From positions 91,647-155,646 of the IMG/VR virus record IMGVR_UViG_3300013121_000013: a DNA stretch of 64,000 nt. The stretch is one strand, 5' to 3'. The notes below the pieces were generated by a model, which saw only the letters and a list, made by a program, of their open reading frames with translations, searched no databases and was not told the DNA's origin. Made by a program: the position numbers and the translations under genes. Below are positions 57,133 to 64,000 of the stretch, piece by piece. This DNA is from a virus (lineage: Duplodnaviria; Caudoviricetes). The first letter of the stretch is position 1, and every line of letters starts with the position of its first letter.

Positions 57133-57753
57133 GTGGGATCGAAGTTTGTCTGCGTCGTTGGTGTTCCCGGCGTCGGAAAAACTACGATATGCCAAAACTT
57201 GGCCAGAGGAAATCCAAATTGGCACTATCTCCCAACTGGAGAAGAGAAGCAAAAGCTATTGCGATTTCTAGGTATTCGAACTCCTCTCCGTATGCTTGAT
57301 AATACTGCATCTCGTTTAATCAATGAACTTCACTTCGCACAAGCAAAGCAACAGCTAGACAACTCTTTTGAGGTTGCTCTACTTGACACACATGCAAGCT
57401 ATGCCCTTGATGATGGTAGCTTTGTGTCTCTTTTGCCACGAAGCACAATTCCTGACTTTGTTCTTCTAGTAGAAGCTCCAGTAGAAACTGTGGTCGCTCG
57501 AAGAATTGAAAGAGGTCGTTCTCGTGATACAGTTCATGCTATCTGGGTGGAAGAAGAGCTGATTCGAGAGCGTGCCGAGGTAGCTGCATATTCGGAGCTT
57601 ACTGGCGTTCCATACACATTTATCTCGTCTGACGATTGTATTGTCAGTAACGTTGCAAAGGTAGCTAATGAACTAAATAAGAAAGTAAGAGACAGTTATG
57701 TCGAAAGTAAATCAAGTTATCAGCCCTTCCCAGCCGTTTACAACTTGTATTGA
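57133..57753 (+). CDS. archaeal-type adenylate kinase-like NMP kinase
   Basis: VVGVPGVGKTT, LDTHA, PDFVLLVEAP...ARR..R.RD. Confidence 0.7.
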   Translation: MGSKFVCVVGVPGVGKTTICQNLARGNPNWHYLPTGEEKQKLLRFLGIRTPLRMLDNTASRLINELHFAQAKQQLDNSFEVALLDTHASYALDDGSFVSLLPRSTIPDFVLLVEAPVETVVARRIERGRSRDTVHAIWVEEELIRERAEVAAYSELTGVPYTFISSDDCIVSNVAKVANELNKKVRDSYVESKSSYQPFPAVYNLY

Positions 57754-58324
57754 TAACAGCCGATCGGATTGTAAGATTATTTTAGGATTAGACTTAGGCA
57801 CTAATTGCGGTTATTGCTTTGGGTTGGTATACAAAGAAAAAGAAGAAGTCGTTATACTTCCTGAATACATGGGCCAGTGGGACCTCTCTGCTGGCCCATA
57901 CGACTCTGGGGCAATAAGATTTGTAAGACTTAGACGATTTTTAAACGAAGTTAAACCAGATTTGGTAGCTTATGAAGATGTAAAGTTCACACCGTCCGAG
58001 GCTTTAACAAGATTTAGCGCTGCAAGGGTTCTTGCTAGAGCCAGCACTTCAGCTGAATTAATCGGCGCATTTAGAGCTACAGTAGTGACATGGTGCGAAG
58101 AGAAGGACATTCCATGTACAGGTATACCTATTGGTACTATAAAGAAAAGGGCTACCGGTAAGGGAAACGCTTCTAAAGAGTTGATTATCGAGGCATGCAA
58201 TAAAGAGTTTAAAACAGATTTCGACATAAAGGACTACGCAACAACTGGTGCTGACAATGTTTCGGACGCTGCTTGGATTGTTAAAGTCGCATCTGAACAA
58301 TATTCTTCTGGGATTAGATGGTGA
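57698..58324 (+). CDS. RuvC-like Holliday junction resolvase
   Basis: ILGLDLGT, VAYED, IKKRATGKGNASKE, DNVSDA. Confidence 0.82.
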   Translation: MSKVNQVISPSQPFTTCIDNSRSDCKIILGLDLGTNCGYCFGLVYKEKEEVVILPEYMGQWDLSAGPYDSGAIRFVRLRRFLNEVKPDLVAYEDVKFTPSEALTRFSAARVLARASTSAELIGAFRATVVTWCEEKDIPCTGIPIGTIKKRATGKGNASKELIIEACNKEFKTDFDIKDYATTGADNVSDAAWIVKVASEQYSSGIRW

Positions 58325-58328
58325 TAAA

Positions 58329-58622
58329 ATGAGCGAATTTCCCGAACAGCGACTTGAAAGTGTTGTTTGCAACGGACCAGATAACCACACTATTAAGTTA
58401 GAATCAGATCCGAGCGGAAAACGCGTTCCGAGAATTACTCTATTAAACCACAACGAAGAAGAAATTGACGCTGAAAGCGTTATTTGCCGAATGAATGGTA
58501 AGCTATGCGGCTGCATGGAGTTTCTCAACAACTGGAGGAACCATCATAAGTTTGAATTAGTTTCATCTGATGGTTGTCGTTGGGAAGTCGAGTATGAGGT
58601 TATAAACGACATTCAGAGTTGA
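58329..58622 (+). CDS. hypothetical protein
   Basis: MSEFPEQ start within track ORF 58248..58622. Confidence 0.55.
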   Translation: MSEFPEQRLESVVCNGPDNHTIKLESDPSGKRVPRITLLNHNEEEIDAESVICRMNGKLCGCMEFLNNWRNHHKFELVSSDGCRWEVEYEVINDIQS

Positions 58623-58636
58623 TAGACATCTATCAA
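58619..58636. promoter_or_regulatory. 18-bp palindromic motif, copy 5
   Basis: TTGATAGACATCTATCAA spanning the upstream TGA, just before the GAGG RBS. Confidence 0.7.
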
Positions 58637-58649
58637 ATAGAGGTTAAGT

Positions 58650-59327
58650 ATGTTTGATTTTGATAAATTTGCCAAAGACGTGGCTGAGAAGGCGCCTTTC
58701 AAACCTGGATGGTCACAAAGTAATGAACAAAGACTAGACTCAGCTTTTGATATACCTACAGCTCAGTTTGAGATTTCGTCAGCCCCGTCTTTGGCATATC
58801 TACAATCTGATTTTGTCTTATTCAACCACGGAGCTTTGGTTAAATTTTCTCCAACACCTGGAGATCCACTTAGACGGTTTTGTACATTTAATCGTCTTTC
58901 AGGTCCAGTATTTACTTTGTCATCACCGTTTCCTATATTATCTGGGCTGGGCGAGCCCTGGGATAGCATGATAGTGGGATGTGCAAAGGCAGACTGGTCG
59001 GCTATTAGTAAGTACTTAGATACGGACACGGCGCTTATTAGAGATAAGGGTTTACTTGTACGACCGCTGGCTCAGACCCAGTTTCCTGTTGTCGATTTTT
59101 TATCTATGGGACGGAGAGTTAGCTTGCCAGATAATATACCAATAGTACTTATAGAGATATACGGTATAGATTCTAATAAACAATGCATGCATTTTAGGCC
59201 TTCAGTCTCTCCGATGCTAAGCTTACCCAAATTAATAGTCGAAGAACCAATTCCAGAAACAGTACTAATTGCAGAGAGAGTCCTAGCGGGCAAGGAGAAT
59301 CCGTTTGAACACAGATTTAAAAGTTAA
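58650..59327 (+). CDS. hypothetical protein
   Basis: GAGG RBS, 225 aa. Confidence 0.65.
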   Translation: MFDFDKFAKDVAEKAPFKPGWSQSNEQRLDSAFDIPTAQFEISSAPSLAYLQSDFVLFNHGALVKFSPTPGDPLRRFCTFNRLSGPVFTLSSPFPILSGLGEPWDSMIVGCAKADWSAISKYLDTDTALIRDKGLLVRPLAQTQFPVVDFLSMGRRVSLPDNIPIVLIEIYGIDSNKQCMHFRPSVSPMLSLPKLIVEEPIPETVLIAERVLAGKENPFEHRFKS

Positions 59328-59883
59328 TGATATTTGCTTCTTATTAGATATGGATGGTGTATTAGTTGATTTTCATCGTGTAGCTGTTAAAGAGCTTGGA
59401 TTTGACTATGATAAGCGATACCCATCATTAGTGAGCTGGGAGATTTATACTAATCTAGGTCTAGACAAAGAGTCTTTTTATAGCTGGTTAAACAATGTAG
59501 GTACTTCCTTTTGGGCTAATCTTCCTTTTACAAAATTTGGAAATAGTCTCTTAGCTACCTGCAATGCGTTAGGAACAACTTATTTATGCACCGCGCCCAC
59601 GTTAGATAATTATAGCGCTCCAGGAAAGCTTATGTGGGTTAGATCTAACTTTGGCAAATATTTTGATAAGATTGTTATTTCCAAGCATAAGTATTTGGCT
59701 GCAAAACCGAATCATATTCTTATTGACGATGCCGATAAAAATGTTGAAGCATTTGCTGCCGCTGGTGGGAACGCAATTCTTTATCCTAGACCATGGAATA
59801 AAGCCGGGTACATGACCGAGGAAGACGGATTTGCTCTTGTATTAGATAAGATTAATAGAACTGTTAAAAAGTTAAGGGGATAA
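59305..59883 (+). CDS. 5'(3')-deoxyribonucleotidase (NT5C-like HAD)
   Basis: LDMDGVLVDF, FWANLP, GKLMWV, ILIDD, PWN. Confidence 0.85.
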   Translation: MNTDLKVNDICFLLDMDGVLVDFHRVAVKELGFDYDKRYPSLVSWEIYTNLGLDKESFYSWLNNVGTSFWANLPFTKFGNSLLATCNALGTTYLCTAPTLDNYSAPGKLMWVRSNFGKYFDKIVISKHKYLAAKPNHILIDDADKNVEAFAAAGGNAILYPRPWNKAGYMTEEDGFALVLDKINRTVKKLRG

Positions 59884-59884
59884 A

Positions 59885-60538
59885 ATGGCTGACTCCAATT
59901 CTAATATTAACATTCGGTCACCTATGCAACAACCAGAGATAGAAGTTAAGCCAGTGGCTGTAACTAGCGCGGTCGTTCAGGCCCACCCTCCCTTTTCTGT
60001 GCCTCCTTCTTTGGCACTACCAAAAGTGGACAGCATTGAGTCTGAGAGTTTGCCAAAGAAAAGAGTCAAAGAGTTAACGGGAACTGCATCCAAAGAAGAA
60101 GTTAAGGCATATGAGCTTTTAAATAGTTTGGTTAAATCTATTAATCAAGCTCAAGAAAGCCTAAAGTATTTTCTTGTGCTAGAAGAAGAAGCAGAACCAG
60201 TTAAGGTAACTGAGTTCGAGTCTAGGGATAAACTTGTAGAAGCCTTAAAAGCTTTAGTTGGTGACCCAAAGCCAGGTATGCGAATTCTTTTATTTCAGGG
60301 GTCCAGGTTATTTCTAACTAAAGGTCCATACAGATATCTAATGACATCAGGCGATAAGATACCCTTGTTCACAGTTCCCACAGAGGCCGAGGTAGACGAA
60401 GACGGCTACTTAATGCCTGAACCTAAGCTGTATTTAAAGGAGCCAGAATTATCTGATGAAGAATTTGAAGAGGACGAAGACCTCGACCCTATGGACGAGG
60501 ATTTTAATGAGGACCCTAATCTAGAAGATGATTCTTAA
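59885..60538 (+). CDS. hypothetical protein with acidic tail
   Basis: 217 aa ORF. Confidence 0.6.
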   Translation: MADSNSNINIRSPMQQPEIEVKPVAVTSAVVQAHPPFSVPPSLALPKVDSIESESLPKKRVKELTGTASKEEVKAYELLNSLVKSINQAQESLKYFLVLEEEAEPVKVTEFESRDKLVEALKALVGDPKPGMRILLFQGSRLFLTKGPYRYLMTSGDKIPLFTVPTEAEVDEDGYLMPEPKLYLKEPELSDEEFEEDEDLDPMDEDFNEDPNLEDDS

Positions 60539-60959
60539 GATTTTATGCACTATTAATCTTGGTCTGACGTATACGGATAATCATAAGGAATCCATTAGAT
60601 CGTTTTTCTCTCTTATTCCTACTGTGAGCCCTACTTCTGTAATCGACCAGAGCAATAGCACAAATATCCTTTTTCGACATAAAAGTGCAACTGTGCTTAA
60701 TGTTATTATTAAGACAAAGAAACGAAAGAACCTAATAAGGGTTAAGCATAAAGTTGTAAACTTTATTAAAGATAGCAACGGCGACATAGTAAATATAATC
60801 AACTATTGTACTGTGTCTGATTATTTAGGTTGGGACCTGTCGAGCTATGGGGCCTATAAAGACTCTAAGATTCACTGCTTGCATCTCACCGAACCTCAAT
60901 ACAGAGATTATGTTATGCATATTTATATTCCGAAAAAAATAATCAAAATTCGTATTTAA
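60528..60959 (+). CDS. hypothetical protein
   Basis: coupled ORF. Confidence 0.5.
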   Translation: MILKILCTINLGLTYTDNHKESIRSFFSLIPTVSPTSVIDQSNSTNILFRHKSATVLNVIIKTKKRKNLIRVKHKVVNFIKDSNGDIVNIINYCTVSDYLGWDLSSYGAYKDSKIHCLHLTEPQYRDYVMHIYIPKKIIKIRI

Positions 60960-60971
60960 CTTTGTCAAGTA

Positions 60972-61004
60972 GCTAAATTATTAATAAAAATGTGTCAATA
61001 TAAT
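60972..61004 (+). promoter_or_regulatory. putative promoter
   Basis: GCTAAATT-N13-TGTCAATATAAT followed by hairpin TTTGCGCCATCCGC/GTGGATGGCGCAAA. Confidence 0.55.
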
Positions 61005-61133
61005 TTGCGCCATCCGCTAACTCGGAAGATATTTTCTTCCTTATTGTGGATGGCGCAAAACATCTATATGACGTGCATATGGGCAACTATGGATTGACTA
61101 ACCCATTGTCGGCCGAAAGGCCAAGGAGCACGC

Positions 61134-62357
61134 ATGTCCATGTCCAAGACTGTGAAGCAGCCGTCCAAGTCTCACGCCACGCCGACTGTCGGTGAGCGTA
61201 GCCAGCTCACGCCAGAGCAGCTCGCGCACCGCGATCAGATGGATCAGAGGCCGCTGGCGATTGAGCGGCAGATGCAGCACCTGGTGGCACACACGGTCCT
61301 GCCGGGTCGGAACCGTTCTGACTTCATCGGACCCGTGGATGGCATCGACAAGGTCGTCGATGTCATTCTCGCCAAGACCTGGAAGAAGCTGCCGAACGGT
61401 CGCGTACGAGCGGGATCGAGGTTCTGCATCTACAAGACCTCCTTCGATCCGGCGACGGGCGAGATCCTCGTCGGAGGCGAGGAGAACAACCCGTTCGCCA
61501 AGGACCTTTCTTGTCGTCCGTTCGTCGGTGCGCGTGGAAAGGTGTTCGATTTCACGGCGAACGCTGTGAACTTCGAAAACGCGATGATCCTCGACGGCCA
61601 GATGGAGGCGGCTGCACGCGACAGCCGGCTTCAGGCGGGTGAGTTTGCTCTGGGCGGCTTCCTTCTCGGGTTCCACCCGGAAGCGCCTCCCACGTATGAG
61701 GAGACTCCCGAGCTGCGCGATGATGTTTTCATCTCCGTGCAGGACGATGCAGCGCGCGTTTCCAGCCTTCTTCAGGCCCCGTTCAGCGGCACGATCACGG
61801 ACATCGCCCAGGACATTCAGGACGGAACCCAGGCCGTCCTGATTAACAACGGCGGACACGAGGAGGCGTTTGATCTTCCCTCTTTCGTCCGTATCGATGT
61901 TTCCGTCGGCAGCGAGGTGAAGGAGGGTGACCCTATCGGCGCCTTCACCATTTACCCTCTGAGCTGGTCGGAGCTTGAGGAGCAGGCGTCCAAGGCAGAC
62001 ATCGACATCCTCCTTCGCCGTCAATGGGCCCAGCGGTACAACACTATGGAAATTTGGCTCGCCGGCCAGAAGACCAATGTGTACACCATTCCGTATGAGT
62101 ACGTCAGCCGCGAGCAGGCAAAGCGCAGCGTCGCTCAGTTGCGTGATGTGAGCAGCCTGCTCGGCCGGACTCTGTACGACATGGTGGATCCTTCCACCAT
62201 GTGCCTCTTCAACGAAGACGAGGCCAGTATCAGGGTTGTCGATACTCACGGGGACTCTGACCGGTTGGTCGGAGTCTATCGCGGGGTTCGCTACGACTTC
62301 CGTGGCGTCCGCCCCGACTGGTGTCACTACTTCGAGTCTCTCAGCGAGCCGAAGTGA
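61134..62357 (+). CDS. GC-rich hypothetical protein with barrel-sandwich-hybrid-like segment
   Basis: AAGGAG RBS; GC-ending codons; APFSGTI...FDLP...VSVGSEVKEGDPIG. Confidence 0.75.
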   Translation: MSMSKTVKQPSKSHATPTVGERSQLTPEQLAHRDQMDQRPLAIERQMQHLVAHTVLPGRNRSDFIGPVDGIDKVVDVILAKTWKKLPNGRVRAGSRFCIYKTSFDPATGEILVGGEENNPFAKDLSCRPFVGARGKVFDFTANAVNFENAMILDGQMEAAARDSRLQAGEFALGGFLLGFHPEAPPTYEETPELRDDVFISVQDDAARVSSLLQAPFSGTITDIAQDIQDGTQAVLINNGGHEEAFDLPSFVRIDVSVGSEVKEGDPIGAFTIYPLSWSELEEQASKADIDILLRRQWAQRYNTMEIWLAGQKTNVYTIPYEYVSREQAKRSVAQLRDVSSLLGRTLYDMVDPSTMCLFNEDEASIRVVDTHGDSDRLVGVYRGVRYDFRGVRPDWCHYFESLSEPK

Positions 62358-62368
62358 CATCTAGACAA

Positions 62369-62414
62369 ATGCCAGATTTTGGCTAAATTTGAGGCCAAAA
62401 TCTGGCATGTAATA
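62369..62414 (+). promoter_or_regulatory. putative promoter embedded in a 15-bp inverted repeat
   Basis: ATGCCAGATTTTGGC-TAAATTTGAG-GCCAAAATCTGGCAT containing GCTAAATT-N13-TGGCATGTAAT. Confidence 0.55.
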
Positions 62415-62477
62415 TGTGGCAACCCCTAACCCTCCTCCACCCAGAGGTGGAGGGGTCTCCAAGAAAGGAGCCTAGGA

Positions 62478-62642
62478 ATGTCCAACTTCGATCTCCAGAT
62501 GCATATTCTCGAGGCAGAGTCCTCGGGGATGAATCTCAAGGAGATCGAGTACCATTACGGAGTGGACGCGCTCCGTATGGCGCTCGACGATTGTCTTCCC
62601 ATCGGGGAAGACGCGTTGGACGAAGAGGAGGAGTTGTGGTGA
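62478..62642 (+). CDS. 54-aa acidic protein (absent from ORF track)
   Basis: AAGGAG RBS; MSNFDLQMHILEAESSGMNLKEIEYHYGVDALRMALDDCLPIGEDALDEEEELW. Confidence 0.65.
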   Translation: MSNFDLQMHILEAESSGMNLKEIEYHYGVDALRMALDDCLPIGEDALDEEEELW

Positions 62643-62710
62643 CATGAGAGTCGCCACCCTCATGCCATCTAACCTGTCGCTAGTTATAGGATACATCTAG
62701 CGATAGGTAG

Positions 62711-62787
62711 CAAGAATCACAATCAATTCCAGCCAGAACTCAAGAAGGGTGCGGCTGGACGATATTGATTGTGATTCTTGTTTTTTT
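62711..62787 (+). terminator. long hairpin terminator
   Basis: CAAGAATCACAATCAAT ... ATTGATTGTGATTCTTG followed by T7. Confidence 0.65.
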
Positions 62788-62840
62788 AGCTATTATAGTA
62801 ATAATCTTTCATTTACTTAGTAAGATTGTAATAATATAAG

Positions 62841-63998
62841 GTGTATATACTACACGGTTTATATTACTACATGGAGAGCATTATGCAGCAAGAGTCCGGA
62901 TTCAATTCTCTAGGCCTTGATGAAGAAGAGCTTGAATTATTAAAATCTGCGTCCGATACAGTAGCTATTGCTGACACGCCGGACCCTACAGAGTATCACG
63001 ATCCTAACAATATAAAATTAGAGCTGTCGCCTGGAACTATGGGTAGTAGGCTAGGAGGCGGTCCTGGAGGTCTTGGTGCAACTATGATTCCTAGAGCTAC
63101 AAGGCTAGGAGGATCCCAAGGTTTCGATCCACATACTCCAGGCGAGATAAATATTGTTGATTTAGCGACAAATAAACAAATAACTCTTGATCTATCAAGA
63201 ACTAATAAAGATGAGTTAGCAAAGGTTTGTGATACAAATATTTGTGAAGATTTTGGAACTATTGCGGCTATCGCTTTCCATAGACTAGCTAAAAAACAAA
63301 ATACAGAAATATCCGATTACAATGAAAAGAATTCAGGAGCTACATTAAATCCTAGAGCTGTCTCTTCAGAGTCAAACTTTAGAGAGCCTCCAGTTGGAGG
63401 ATTTGGTTTAAGCTATGTAGTCCCAAAATCAACCAAAGGGGGTACTCAATTGGTACAAACAAGAGCCGCTAAGAAAAGAGGGTTTAGAAACATCAACCAA
63501 CCTAGCGTTCCTTCTTCTAAACCGCCAAACCAGAATTCACTTTCGTTTCCAAGACCAGCTGCAGAGGTAAACATGGCCAGAGAATTGTCAAACACGTCTT
63601 TAAGTGCTAAGAGAGCCTCGTTTTCGTCTAGGCAAGCACAGGAAGAAGAGAGCTATCCTGAGCCAGAATTTGTAAGTCCTGAAGCACCGTCGTTTGAGGT
63701 TCATTTTGAAGTCCCAGACGTATACGAAATGTCGTCTCACTATCACGAGGTTGTTCTCGAAGATAATTACTTGGTCCTCATCTATGATAATAATTTTCCG
63801 GGGCCTAGATTCAGACCTCAACCTTCAACAAATCATATATATGTAAACGTTGCTGGGGATGACAGAGTGTTTAAGTGTCTCGTTCCGGGTATTCAGTATA
63901 CCACAGATAGAGACGATAATTTAGGAAATGCTGGCAAGGAGCATGTCCTTCTTCTAGTAGATGAAGAAGTTGATGCATATAAAGGAGATCCTGTTTAA
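62841..63998 (+). CDS. hypothetical low-complexity protein
   Basis: 385 aa ORF; probable start MQQESG after GGAG. Confidence 0.65.
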   Translation: MYILHGLYYYMESIMQQESGFNSLGLDEEELELLKSASDTVAIADTPDPTEYHDPNNIKLELSPGTMGSRLGGGPGGLGATMIPRATRLGGSQGFDPHTPGEINIVDLATNKQITLDLSRTNKDELAKVCDTNICEDFGTIAAIAFHRLAKKQNTEISDYNEKNSGATLNPRAVSSESNFREPPVGGFGLSYVVPKSTKGGTQLVQTRAAKKRGFRNINQPSVPSSKPPNQNSLSFPRPAAEVNMARELSNTSLSAKRASFSSRQAQEEESYPEPEFVSPEAPSFEVHFEVPDVYEMSSHYHEVVLEDNYLVLIYDNNFPGPRFRPQPSTNHIYVNVAGDDRVFKCLVPGIQYTTDRDDNLGNAGKEHVLLLVDEEVDAYKGDPV

Positions 63999-64000
63999 TG

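Noticed and set aside
61098-62360. 420-aa minus-strand ORF
   Set aside because: Antisense shadow of the GC-rich + gene, which has the RBS and promoter; high GC suppresses antisense stops.
1-64000. Stop-codon reassignment
   Set aside because: Conserved genes are intact in code 11, and TAA, TAG and TGA all end tightly packed genes.
1-64000. CRISPR array
   Set aside because: No regularly spaced repeat-spacer run seen; repeated TAGACCAATT..GGCAGGAGTC units are tRNA-Leu D-arms.

Overview
A 64 kb fragment of a large, AT-rich, densely coded dsDNA phage (probably a jumbo Caudoviricetes), read in standard code 11 and mostly on the + strand. It carries a GpA-like terminase large subunit and a full replication/recombination module: SF2 helicase, DnaB-like helicase, primase, family A DNA polymerase with an N-terminal UDG-like domain, probable SSB, RecA, SbcCD-like pair, RuvC-like resolvase and DEDDh exonuclease. 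Nucleotide metabolism genes include class II RNR nrdJ, dcd, thyX, NMP kinases, an NT5C-like HAD, MazG-like proteins and a NUDIX hydrolase. It also has two stand-alone DNA glycosylases, host-type genes (two RimI, ClpS, HldE, RmlB, LpxH-like, GNA1-like) whose style suggests a Planctomycetota host, and about 19 tRNA genes, none with an encoded CCA. Most notable observations: (1) two tRNAs (Tyr-GTA, Arg-TCT) lack a D-arm but could rebuild it by pairing with the variable-arm loop, within a tRNA set with many rewired bodies (short-arm Leu x4, long-arm Lys, Ile-TAT); (2) an 8-member paralogous family sharing an unannotated C-H-H-C domain in front of unrelated C-termini; (3) five copies of an 18-bp palindrome TTGATAGA-NN-TCTATCAA at gene junctions; (4) an IS110/Nop-like protein and a nearby structured ncRNA candidate; (5) a hairpin-rich origin-like region before a Rep-like ORF; (6) a GC-rich two-gene island with its own promoter motif. 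All assignments are by eye from motifs; no searches were run.
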